Positions 52,421 to 63,906 of a stretch of 64,000 nt of DNA are shown one piece after another (position 1 is the stretch's first letter; the number at the start of each line of letters is the position of its first letter). The position numbers and the translations under genes were made by a program. The stretch is taken from assembly GCF_006345805.1 (NCBI RefSeq), contig NC_043011.1, positions 48,124,464 to 48,188,463 of the forward strand, given 5' to 3'. The notes under the pieces are model-generated. The model worked only from the letters and a program-made list of their open reading frames with translations. It did not search any database and was not told the origin of the DNA. The DNA is from Octopus sinensis. Its lineage: Eukaryota.

Positions 52421-52976
52421 AGGAAAGAAGAAATGGTGTAATGAATTTCATTAGCATACAGCTGTTTCTGTGTTAAGATACAAAGCACCCAATGTTGGGT
52501 GCTTGTGTATCATCTTATACCTTCATCAGAGCTTCAAAACTGAACAGCAGGAAAATACTTATATACATGGAAAGTGATACCATCAAAAACAAAAATATGA
52601 AACTATGTACAAAATGTAATATAAAGTTTGAAGTTTAAAAGCTGCTCCCAGAAATATGTAGATTTAGATAATGTTGTGTATGTATGTGTATAGAGATAGG
52701 CACGTGATGACCCCCTATATAAATAATGATTCACATACATACATAAAATATAAGCGGTGTATGTATGTTAATATAGATTGCACATATGACTGTCAATAAA
52801 AAACCCAGATGGATAAAAGGGAAAGGAAACAAATAAAAACTGACAGAAACCAAAATTGATAGAGAGAGAGAGAGAGAAGAAAGAAAAATCTAAAGCCTTT
52901 TTAGAAGGTTGCTTATATACATATATGTACGTATATACTCACACACATACACATATGTACATATTGTGATACACAC

Positions 52977-53021
<45 letters not shown>

Positions 53022-53240
53022 TGTATATACATGTGTAACACACACACACATACACACGTGTGTGTTGTTGTATGTATTGGTTGCAACTTGGTTGAGTATT
53101 TTCTTAAAAAGAATGAGACTAGAATGCTTGGGGCAAACACAGTTTATATGTATGTACAAACGAATGTACACTCATGTGAGTGTGTTAAATAATAAGGCAC
53201 AAAAAGAGAATGACTCTCCATAGGCACAAAAGTATATATA

Positions 53241-53277
<37 letters not shown>

Positions 53278-53284
53278 GTATAAA

Positions 53285-53442
53285 ATACAAAATGGGACAA
53301 GAACGCAAAACATCTCGACAGCTAGGTGATACAAAAATGGACAACAAAACATCCAGATACACAATACAAAGAAAACAAGTACGGTTCATTCAAAGTTTTC
53401 TATCTTCAGTCAAGCACCAGATTATCCTCGCAATTTTGGCTG

Positions 53443-53445
<3 letters not shown>
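53285..53445 (+). repeat. Unclassified interspersed repeat (copy 1)
   Basis: gggacaagaacgcaaaacat and aattttggctgatt recur inverted at 62475-62665. Confidence 0.6.
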
Positions 53446-53490
<45 letters not shown>

Positions 53491-53504
53491 ACACATATAT
53501 ATTC

Positions 53505-53907
53505 ATTTATTTGTTTTAGTCATTTGACTGCAGCCATGATGGAGCACCACCTTTAGTCAAGTAATTCAACCCCAGGACTTATTCTTTGTAAGCCTAGTAC
53601 TTATTCTATTGGCCTCTTTTGCCAAACTACTAAGTTACGGGGACGTAAACACACCAACATTGGTTGTCAAGCGATGTTGGGGGAGGGGGACAAACACAGA
53701 CACACAAACATACACACACACACACAGACACACACACATATATATGCGATGGGCTTCTTTCATTTTCCATCTATCAAATCCACTCACAAGGTTTCAGGTG
53801 GCCCAAGGTTATAGTAAAAGACACTTGCCCAAGGTGCCAGGCAGAGGGACTGAACCTGGAACTATGTGGCTGGTAAGCAAGCTACTTACCACACAGCCAC
53901 TCCTGTG

Positions 53908-53910
<3 letters not shown>
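53505..53910 (-). mobile_element. SINE-A, full length
   Basis: Complete minus-strand copy. Confidence 0.85.
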
Positions 53911-53944
<34 letters not shown>

Positions 53945-54259
53945 TGTCTTCGTTTATTGGATTGCAGCAATGTTGCGCAAATTCTTTGGAGGAATCTGGT
54001 TTATCATATCAGCTTCAGTCTTTTGTCAGATTCTTATTCTTTCATTGTTGATAGGAAGAAAGGCAAACTGGACTTTGCACAAAGAAGCGAATATTACATA
54101 AATCATCAATGTCATCACTCCTATAGATATATTCATCTAAAAAATTTTTATGTACTAAATTTCACTCCATTAAGAGTTGGCCTATGGTTGAGGCCAAATT
54201 TACTTAGTAAAGGATTGAGTATATATATGTGTGTTTGTATATATATATATATCAAACAA

Positions 54260-55070
54260 AATCAAAATAGATGAACATCAATGGAATTTGTATCTTTGTG
54301 GTACCAGTGCCGGTGGCACACAAGAAAACCATCCGCACGTGGCCGTAGCCAGTACCGCACCGACTGGCCTCCATGCTGTGGGCACGTAACAATCACCATC
54401 CAATCGTGGCCGATCGCCAGCCTAATCTGGCTCCTGTGTCGATGGCACATAAAAACACCATCCGAGCGTGGTCGTCTGCTAGCCTTGTCTAGCACTTTGT
54501 CGGTGTGGCACATAAAAACACCATCCGAGCGTGGCCGTTCGCCAGCCTCGTCTGGCACCTGTGTCGGTGGCACAAAAAAAAAAAACAACACCATCCGAGC
54601 GTGGTCGTCTGCTAGCCTTGTCTGGCACCTGTGTCGGTGGCACATAAAAAACACCATCCGAGCGTGGCCGTTCGCCAGCCTCGTCTGGCACCTGTGTCGG
54701 TGGCACATAAAAACACCATCCGAGCGTGGTCGTCTGCTAGCCTTGTCTGGCACCTGTGTCGGTGGCACATAAAAACACCATCCGAGCGTGGCCGTTCGCC
54801 AGCTTGTCTGGCACCTGTGTCGGTGGCACATAAAAACACCATCCGAGCGTGGCCGTTCGCCAGCCTCGTCTGGCACCTGTGTCGGTGGCACATAAAATCA
54901 CCCACTACACTCTCGGAGTGGTTGGTGTTAGGAAGGGCATCCAGCTGTAGAAACACTGCCAGATCTGACTAGCCTGGTGCAGCCTTCGGGCTCCCCAGAC
55001 CCCAGTTGAACCGTCCAACCCATGCTAGCATCGAAAGCGGACGTTAAATGATGATGATGATGATGATGAT
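54260..55070 (+). mobile_element. RTE LINE 3' end with expanded approximately 60-bp tandem array
   Basis: About 9 units ggcacataaaaacaccatccgagcgtgg...ctggcacctgtgtcggt, then the shared terminus and (GAT)n. Confidence 0.85.
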
Positions 55071-55079
55071 ATATATGTC

Positions 55080-55285
55080 TGTGTCAGTGGCACACAAAAA
55101 GCACCCACTACACTCACGGAGTGGTTGGCGTTAGGAAGGGCATCCAGCTGTAGAAACACTGCCAGATCTGACTGGCCTGGTGCAGCCTTCAGGCTTCCCA
55201 GACCCCAGTTGAACCGTCCACCCCATGCTAGCATGGAAAGCGGACGTTAAACGATGACGATGATGATGATGATGATGATGATGAT
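55080..55285 (+). mobile_element. Second RTE 3' end directly downstream
   Basis: Near-duplicate of 54885-55070. Confidence 0.8.
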
Positions 55286-55310
55286 ATATATATATATATA
55301 TATACACAGT

Positions 55311-55603
55311 AAAAAAGGATGGAAGTCAGGATTTGGAGAAAAACTATTTATATTTCATCACTTTTGGGGATTTATCATGAATGATTTTCTTATAGAAAAT
55401 TCATGCCTTTTATTTAATTGTGCATTAGTTGAAAATGGGGTGTTTTTTTTTTTCCTGGAATTGATGACAACACAGATATGACATAACTGACACAGATACA
55501 AAAGATATGAATTTTCTATAAAAAATCATTCATGATGAATGTCTATGAGGGATGAAAACACTTACAGATAGTTTTTATCCAAATCCTGACAACCTCCTTT
55601 TTT
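55311..55603. mobile_element. MITE-like fold-back element with approximately 100-bp inverted arms
   Basis: aaaaaagga..gtcaggatttgga.aaaaactat...tcatgaatgatttt.ttatagaaaattcat is mirrored at 55500-55603. Confidence 0.75.
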
Positions 55604-55703
55604 CTTAATATATAAAATATATCAAAATTGCACAACACTTGCAGCAATCTATCTAGCTATATATATACATACATGTACCTATCTCTATCTCCCTCACTCT
55701 CTG

Positions 55704-55745
<42 letters not shown>

Positions 55746-55944
55746 ACATATATATATACACATACATACACACGCACACACACACACACCACCACATACA
55801 TATACATACATACATACATATATAGATATAAAAACATATCGCAATGAAGGTATACAGTATATTTTAGTTCCATTTTTTCCAATCTTACCAGTTGGTTTTA
55901 CGATAGGTATTAGATAACTAGATATCAGATAACAGTGGAGTTAA

Positions 55945-56240
55945 GTATCAAATGGAAATTGTAGTTGTGACTGATGCCAGTGTCGCCTAACTGGCTCCCC
56001 GTGCTGGTGGTGGCACATAAAAAGCACCATCCGAACGTGGCCCATGCCAGCACCATCTGACTAGCTCCCATGCCGGTGGCACATAAAAAGCACCATCTCA
56101 ACGTGGTTGATGCAAGCCCCCTTGACCTGTGTGGCTTCTGTGTCAGTGGCACGTAAAAAGCACCCACTACACTCCCGGAGTGGTTGGTGTTAGGAAGGGT
56201 ATCCAGCTGTATAAACACTGCCAGATCAGATTGGAGCAGT
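55945..56240 (+). mobile_element. RTE LINE 3' UTR fragment
   Basis: About three ggtggcacataaaaagcaccatc units plus ggtgttaggaagggtatccagctg. Confidence 0.7.
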
Positions 56241-56309
56241 GTAGGCCTCACTGAGGTGGATTTATAATACTGTTTGTTTTGGTTGATGCACTCACTTGAT
56301 TTCAATAAC

Positions 56310-56635
56310 ATCTTCTACTGGCACTTTGTCAGTTACGACGAGGTTTGCTGCTGATCTGGTTAACAGAAAAGCCTGCTCATGAAATTAACGTGCAAGTGAC
56401 AGACTACTCCACAAACACAAGTACTCTTAATATAGTTCTCAGGGAGATTCAGCATGATACAGAATGTGACAAGGCTGGCCCTTTTGAAATACAGGTATAA
56501 TTCATTTTTGCCAGTTAAGTGGAGTGGAACAATGTGAAATAAAGTGTCTTGTTGAAGGGCAAAATGCACCGCTGTGAATTGAACCCACAACCTGACAATC
56601 ATAAGCCTAATACCCTAGCCACTAAGCTACATACT
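56310..56635 (-). mobile_element. tRNA-headed SINE (D2-type core with D1-type tail)
   Basis: Core caagacactttatttcacattgttccactccacttaactggcaaaaatga, then the tail tacctgtatttcaaaagggcc...gtcgtaactgac shared with 1455-1840. Confidence 0.72.
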
Positions 56636-56739
56636 TATTTCAATGTTAAAAGAAATCAATGTAAAATTAAAGCAAATACATCTTTATTTTTTACCCAGGA
56701 GGAATTAATAATTCCTAGGTGAAAGTAATAAATAATAAA

Positions 56740-56995
56740 ATAAATGTGCCCTTTTAAAGCCTAGCCAGGCTCATGGGCCCGGTTTCCCAGTTTCAATAGT
56801 GTATGTGATCCCCAGCTGGACGGGACACCAGTCCATCGCAGCATTAGTCATTTTTGCCAGCTGAGTGGACTGGAGCAACGTGAAATGAAGTGTTTTGCTC
56901 AAGGACACAATGCGCTCCCCAGTCCAGGAATTGAAACCACAATCTTACGATCATGATGTTGACACCCTAACAACTAAGCCACGTGCCTCCACGGT
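56740..56995 (-). mobile_element. tRNA-headed SINE (D2-type core with a third tail)
   Basis: Core ccttgagcaaaacacttcatttcacgttgctccagtccactcagctggcaaaaatga; tail gatggactggtgtcccgtccagctgggg...ggctttaaaagggcac. Confidence 0.72.
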
Positions 56996-57004
56996 GAAAG
57001 TAAT

Positions 57005-57345
57005 AAACACAACAAAACTGTTAAGGGCTATTTCCTTTGCATGCTCAATTATATCAATGCTGGATTTGTTTATTGACAAGCTGATATATAAAAGGGCCAA
57101 AATTTGAGAATTAGTTTAGCGAAAGAAGGATTAAAATCAGTGATATCAAACCATGTAAACTCACACTGTTGATTCTCAAGAACTTTGTGAAGCCATTCTA
57201 ATGCTTCTGAACTGTTGTTCCACAATGAAGTAGTTATCACATGTTTACACCAAAAAAAAACTTCTAGAATTTACTTGTTAACTATTTCTGATACAGGTTT
57301 TCACATGGTTAATTAACCTCTACTCACACACACATGGTATAGCAT
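57005..57345 (-). mobile_element. Penelope-like retroelement reverse-transcriptase fragment
   Basis: RLINH; then SLWNNSSEALEWLHKVLENQQCEFTWFDITDFNPS; then YISLSINKSSIDIIEHAK. Matches PLE RT motifs RLINP, W.NT..VI.WF...FDI.DFYPSI, I..HAR. Confidence 0.75.
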
Positions 57346-57419
57346 ACTTGCAGAAAATATTAAATATTAAAACAACACTTACACATGCATATAAGCATGT
57401 AAGCCCTACCCTATGTGTG

Positions 57420-57445
57420 TATGTGCGTGTATATATTATATATAC

Positions 57446-57494
<49 letters not shown>

Positions 57495-57556
57495 GTATAT
57501 ATAATATATATATATATATATTATATATATATAATATATAATATATAAATATACGT

Positions 57557-57588
<32 letters not shown>

Positions 57589-57675
57589 TTATTATATATA
57601 ATATATATATATAAAATATGTATTATATGTATGTGATATATATATATATATATAATATATATATATATATATAAA
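57420..57675. repeat. (TA)n microsatellite block
   Basis: Direct reading. Confidence 0.95.
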
Positions 57676-57878
57676 TGCATATTGGCCTTCTTGCCCATCC
57701 ATTGAGGTGGCATCATTTGAAGTCTAACACAATGAGAAGCACATTATGACCAGTGATATATAACTATATCCAATAGTCTGGTTGATACTGTGATATTGTG
57801 ATACATACATACATACACACACATACACACACACACACACATATATATATATATCTATGTACACACAGACATATAAAT

Positions 57879-57910
<32 letters not shown>

Positions 57911-58339
57911 GAGAGACAGAGAGATACATTCACTTTCATACATACACACACACACACACACACACACACCACACACACGAAAATATGAACAAAACAATCC
58001 ATCATGCATGTAGGTGAGGTTAGAGAGAAGAATAAGAATATTGAAAGACAAACAGAGAGATCGAAGCAGTGGCGGGGGGGGGGGGGGCTGGATGGAGGTG
58101 GGTGGTGGTGGTGGTGGTTACAGATCAATAGATAGAATATATTAGATTTTATTGTAGTTGAGCGTCAGAAATTATATTCTGGATAATTCTATCGCAATCT
58201 TTGCTATTTCTTTAGCGTCTTTAATCACTTCTTCAGTTCACTGCTTCCTTAACAGCGAATAACCATTGTCGGGGAAAGGAAGAGAAGACGGAATTTATTG
58301 TCACCTTATATTCTCGTTACTGCTGTTGCTGGTGATGGA

Positions 58340-58910
58340 GAATTGCTTTGGTGGAGGTGGTGGTGGTGGAAGTGGTTGTGGTGGTTATGGTGGTTGTGGT
58401 GTTGTTGTTGGTGGTGTTGTTGTTGTTGGTGGTTGTGGTGGTGGTGGTGATGGTGGTGGTGGTGGTGGTGGTGGTGGAGGTGGTTGTGGTGGTGGTTGTT
58501 GTTGTTGGTGGTGGTGGTGGTGATGGTTATGGTGGTGGTGGTTGTGGTGGTTATGGTGGTGGTGTGGTGGTGGTGGTGGTGGTTATGGTGGAGGTGGTGG
58601 TTGTGGTGAAGGTGGTGGTGGTGGTTGGTGGTAGTGGTGATGGTGGAGGTGGTGGTGGTTGGTGGTGGTGGTGGTGGTGGTTGGTGGTGGTGGTGGTGGT
58701 GGTTGGTGGTGGTGGTGATGATGGTGGTGGTGGTGGTGGTGTCTATAGTTTTGGTGGAGGTGGTGGTGGTGATGATGATGAGATTGTGGTGTTACAATGT
58801 TGCAGTGTTATTAGTGTCTATGGCAGAAGTGAGAGTGCAGATTGCGAAGATTGGTGTAGAGGTGGTAGTAGTGGTGGTTGTGCTGGTGGTGGTGGTGGTG
58901 CTGGTAGTTT
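58340..58910. repeat. (GGT)n-rich low-complexity tract
   Basis: Direct reading. Confidence 0.92.
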
Positions 58911-59649
58911 GGTGGGAGCGCTGCCATATCAAGCAGGTCAAATAACTTTCTTGGTTCTCCATTGTTCTTAATGCAGTTAAATAAGATCAGTCAACTTTTT
59001 CTTCGACACGACCAGAGGAGAAATGGTGAGCCACAGTCGATTGCACCAAACACCATTTTCCTATTTGCTAACTCATGCCATATTTATTGTTGCAGAATGT
59101 GGTCCTAAGATTTAAATCTTGAAACATGTGATTTTAATTTCAATGCTAAAGATTACAAAGAATTTGTTAAATAGGATTAATGGAGCTTACACTGAAGAGG
59201 TTGAACTACATCTACAAACCTCTCTCTTTCACAGATTCATATGGTCCTTTTCACTTAAAAACAACATCATGCCTGTTAGCCAACGAAAGAGTTTCTGTAT
59301 GATAATTCTATCCTCAACACAATAACCAGCCAAACATCATTCAGTCCATAACCTCCTTTACTGTCTTATATATAAAAAAGGACATCCCTAAAATAAAAAA
59401 CTACATGAAATTCTGTCTGTTTGTCCATCCAGGACCCCTGTATCTCAGTCTATATTTGATCTACACAGACATATTATATCTTTTTAGGAATGAGAATGAT
59501 CTTGGGATTGAAAATCTGCTCTTTATTTGCTTCTTGACCATCCAATATTGAGGTTAAGTCTAGATGAGGATTTGTTATATACTAACAGGTGAAAATTTTT
59601 ATTTCAAAAGAACTCCCAAAATTTGTGAACTTACAAGCTTTTCATTTAA

Positions 59650-59814
59650 CCCTTTAGTGTTCAGATTATCTTGCAGTTTAGAGATTTCAGTGATGTGATT
59701 TTTTAGTTTTAGAATGACATGGTAGGGCTGAGGTGAGAGGCGAGATCTGGTCAGTTTCAATATAAAACAGGTTAAATATTTTGGCCGGATATGGCCGGTT
59801 TGAATGCTAAAGGG
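59650..59814. mobile_element. piggyBac-type MITE
   Basis: TTAA at 59646-59649 and 59815-59818; TIRs ccctttagtgttca / tgaatgctaaaggg. Confidence 0.75.
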
Positions 59815-60481
59815 TTAAACTGAATTAAAAGTAATACCATATTGGTACGGTACCAATAAATGGTTTATTATTATTTCTCTTTCTAGTTTTGGGCTGCAGG
59901 CCCAATTAGCCCTCCACTGGAGTTAGCTCAAAAGTCTGCACAGAACTCGGCTTTTAAGCTTATTAGATAATGAAGTTCTAAAAAGACAGGTTGGTCACAG
60001 ATGGAATATCTTTGATGATAGGTTTGCTCTGAGCAGAACTAGTGTTAAAGATAAACAACAACAACAACACTAAACACATTAAGGAGTTTGTTGGGAGAAA
60101 CTGGCATTTAGATTAACCCTTTCGATACCAACTCAGCTGAAACTGGCTCTGGCTCTGAAGTACAAATGTTTTGTTTTGAAAGCTCTGAATTAAAATCTTC
60201 CGCCAAACCTTAGTCACAATTTATGCTCCTAACACTGGTTTAATGATAACTAAGTACTAAATTCTTTTTTCTGAATCTTCAGATTTTTCTATATGCTAGA
60301 CCATTGGTTTTAAATTGATGTTAATCAAATTAATATTCAATTTTTCACCTTTATTATTTTAAATTTAAATTTAAACAACTATGTTCTCAAACCAGCAAAA
60401 TTCACTGAAGAGAATTATTTTCTGCAGAATTATTTCTGGTATTTTGGCGTGCCAAAACAAAGACAGACTGTTACTTCTAAT

Positions 60482-60886
60482 AGGTGTAGGAGTGGCTGTG
60501 TGGTAAGTAGCTTGCTTACCAACCACATGGTTCCGGGTTCAGTCCCACTGCGTGGCACCTTGGGCATCTTCTACTATAGCCTCAGGCCAACCAGAGCCTT
60601 GTGAGTGGATTGGGTAGATGGAAACTGAAAGAAGTCCGTAGTATATATGTATGTATGTATGTGTATATGTTTGTGTGTCTGTGTTTGTCCCTCCAACATC
60701 GCTTGACAACCGATGCTAGTGTGTTTACATCCCCGTAACTTAGCAGTTTAGCAAAAGAGACCAATAGAATAAGTACTAGGCTTCCAAAGAATAAGTCCTG
60801 GGGTCAATTTGCTCAACTAAAGGCAGTGCTCCAGCATGGCCACAGTCAAATGACTGAAACAAGTAAAAGAGAAAAGAATAAAGAGT
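60482..60886 (+). mobile_element. SINE-A, full length
   Basis: A-box-like tggctgtgtgg, B-box-like ggttcagtcc, body and aaagag tail. Confidence 0.88.
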
Positions 60887-61369
60887 AAGGCAGAATGATA
60901 ATCTTGATTTTTGTTGGTAATAATGATGGTCTTTTAATTATTATATCTGAAATAATATTTACTACAACGGTGGCAATCAAAAGTAATTGTTGTACTTTTA
61001 TTAGTGTCCCTGGTAGAGTAATGTTCACAGGAACTGTAATTTCATAGTTAGTTAGTCACCAATTGTTAATTGTGACTATTGTGACGATAGCAATGACCAA
61101 CAATGATGATGGTGACCACCGCTACTGTTACTGCTAACACTAATACAACCAATACAAATTACTCAACTACATTACGATCACCACCACCACCACCACTGCA
61201 ACCTTCTCCTCTACTGCTACCACTCTAACACCACCACCACCACCACCACCACCACCAACACAACTACCATCACCAATACTATCTCCCACCAGCACCAGCA
61301 CCACCACCACCAACACAACTACCATTCACCGGCTGTTATAACTTCTACCACTTACTAATATTACCAAGG

Positions 61370-61580
61370 GCAGTGAGATGGCTGAATCATTACAACACTG
61401 GGAAAGATGCATAGCAGCATTTCTTCAGCCTTTACATTCTGAGTTCAAATACCATCAAGGTCGACATTGCTTTTCATCCTTTTGGGGTTGATAAAATAAA
61501 ATACCAGCCGAACACTGGAGTTGATGTAATCGACGTACCCACTCCCCTAAAATAACTGGCCTTATACCAAAATTTTAAAT
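61370..61580 (+). mobile_element. Diverged SINE-B
   Basis: ttctgagttcaaatacc...ggtcgacattgcttttcatccttttggggttgataaa. Confidence 0.65.
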
Positions 61581-62438
61581 CATTACTTACATTTAACAGC
61601 ACCAGTACAACTACCAATGCTACAACTACTAATGCCTCAACTAGTGCAAAAGCAAACATGTCTAACTTTAGACTAATGCTTTCTGGTAAGCTACACATGA
61701 GCTTCCGGATGTTTGGGACATCTGCTCTTTTCTGCATTTTTGTCTGTTTTTTTTTATTATTCTAAATATTTGGTACGATGATTAAAAACTTGATCAATGA
61801 ATTAATGAATTAATCAAGCATTAATTTATTAGCTTATTAAATTTGATAAATTAATATTTTTACAGTATTAATTAAAGACACATAAACATAAACGTCTATC
61901 TCAGAAGTAACTTTTGAAATGGAAATTTTCTAATAGTAATTAATTAAAGTGAAAGTAGAACCATGAAGCTGCAATAAACCATTTTGGGTTTTGGGTTGTA
62001 TGCAGAAGCGTGTGAATGTGTGTTAGTATGTCAGTGAGCATTAGTATGCGTTAGTGGTTACCAAGCAGTGTATGAATGTATGCATGTATTAGTGACTAGA
62101 CGAGGGTGTATAAGTATGTGTTATGTTAGTGATTGAGAGAGAGAGTGTGCAAATGTATGCATGTCTATGTGTGTTAGTACTTGAAAGAGCGTATAACTGT
62201 ATTTGTGAGTGAGTATGTGAATGTGATGGTACATGAGTGTGAGAATGTCTCTGTGTGTTCTCATTATGGAAAATGAAATATTGAGCAAAGCAAGGCGTCA
62301 GGACCTACAGAATTTATTTATTGAGATCAAATCACAGCATACATAGATTAGCATTGCACTCCATGACCTGTGGTGCTGCTCCTGGCAACTGTCCAGTGTG
62401 CTCTATCCTTAAAACAGCACTGTGTATGCAAGTGTGCT

Positions 62439-62472
<34 letters not shown>

Positions 62473-62474
62473 CT

Positions 62475-62665
62475 AATGCGCTTGGCTTAGATTTTCCTTT
62501 GGGGCTGGCCAGGTCGGAGCAATCTCAAGATTAATCAGCCGAAATTGCAAGGATGATCCGGTTCTTGACTGAAGATTGAAGGCTTTGCATGTCCCGTCCG
62601 TGTTTTTTGTATCGTCTTCTAAATGTTTTGCGTTCTTGTCCCAGTTTGTATTTTTTTACATATGC
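62475..62665 (-). repeat. Unclassified interspersed repeat (copy 2)
   Basis: Inverted homologue of 53285-53445. Confidence 0.6.
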
Positions 62666-62676
62666 ATATATATATA

Positions 62677-63566
62677 TGCAAGGTGCAATGTGTAAATTGT
62701 CGCCCTTTTATGTTTTTAATTTCATTCATGTGCATTGTTTATATTTGATTTCAGTGACTACAAAGTATAGTAGGGTCAGTTGGGCACTATCTCTGAGAAA
62801 AAACAGCACCATGACACAGTTCACTTTGCCAGAAATTTGGAAACGACATGCTGTACTGCTTGGCATTTGCAATCATTGGAAACTCCAATATGAACAGATG
62901 TTGAACACACAGAACAACTGTTGGTTTGCTCTGTAGCCAAAACATGTACTGAGAGTGATAAACATTAAATATTCAGTCAAAATGATGGTGTTTGGAGTGA
63001 TCACTACTGATGGCAAAGTTATGCCTCCATTCATCTTTCCACACAGCCTCAGACTAAACACAGAGGCCTACATCAAGTGCCTGGAGGAGGTAGTGTTGTC
63101 CTGGGTCAAGTGGGTGGTTGCTGGAAGACCCTATGTTTGGCAACAGGACTCTGCACCATTCCACACAAACAGGAGGACCCAGTCATGGCTGTCAGACAAT
63201 TCCTGTGACCACATCACCCCTAACATCTGGCCACCTAACTCCCCAGACTAAAACCCTCTTGATTATTATGTGTGGGGTTCAATTGAGCAAGAGACCAACA
63301 AAACTACTTGTAACACCAAAGATGAACAGAAAGTAAGGATTATGGCAACATTTTCCAACTCAAACAAGGAGAGTGTCCAGAAGAATTGCAGGAGATTTCA
63401 AAGTCGTCTAAAGGCCATGGTTGGAGTCAATGGCAATTTTGTTGAATAAATTTACTCTTTACTATTTCAAGATTTTTTTATGTAATTTTGGTAAATATAT
63501 CTGTTAAAATGAGATGTCAGTGTTATTCTCATTTTTGTGTAATTTAGATGACAATATATATTAACC

Positions 63567-63569
<3 letters not shown>
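62677..63569 (+). mobile_element. maT-like (DD37D) Tc1/mariner transposon, internally deleted, pseudogenised
   Basis: MMVFGVITTDG..MPPFIF...YVWQQDSAPFHT...WPPNSPD*NPLDYYVWG...RRFQSRLKAMVGVNGNFVE*; 37 residues between the second and third D; degenerate TIRs caaggtgcaatgtgtaaattgtc / gacaatatatattaaccctg, with TA after the right end. Confidence 0.85.
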
Positions 63570-63645
<76 letters not shown>

Positions 63646-63656
63646 GTACATACACA

Positions 63657-63872
63657 TGAGAGAATGCTGAAATGTTCTGGGCTTTGGGCAAAAGAGAATA
63701 CAGGAGGATCAGTCAATTATGATTTTATTCAACATATTTCCCTCTCAGATTCACACACTTATTGCAGTAGTCCCTTAGTTTTCCTAAACCCTGTAAAAGA
63801 AATCAGAAGATTGGGCTTCCAACCAGGTCTTTTGTGATGCTCTTAAAGCCAGGAACTTTTCAGAACTTCCTC

Positions 63873-63873
<1 letters not shown>
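63657..63873 (-). mobile_element. Mariner-derived MITE (deletion derivative)
   Basis: TIRs tgagagaatgctgaaatgttctgggcttt / aaagccaggaacttttcagaacttcctcg followed by TA; minus strand retains NKCVNLRGKYVE*. Confidence 0.75.

Positions 63874-63906
<33 letters not shown>

Noticed and set aside
53609-54274. 221-aa ORF (and similar ORFs at 24355-25053, 18611, 27098, 31275, 37886)
   Set aside because: Antisense read-through of SINE-A copies; the same pseudo-peptide recurs wherever the SINE occurs.
54300-54900. CRISPR-like appearance of regularly spaced repeats
   Set aside because: Units are contiguous tandem copies with no unique spacers and no cas genes, in a eukaryotic LINE 3' UTR context.
59016-59095. 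Apparent 70-nt intron (gtgagc...ctaac...ttgcag)
   Set aside because: Splicing gives stops within about 10 codons in every frame.
61600-61685. Plus-strand Thr-rich candidate exon (TSTTTNATTTNAS...) with aacag/gtaagc sites
   Set aside because: It continues the degenerate (ACC/ACT)n tract upstream of the SINE insertion, so openness and composition are explained by the repeat.
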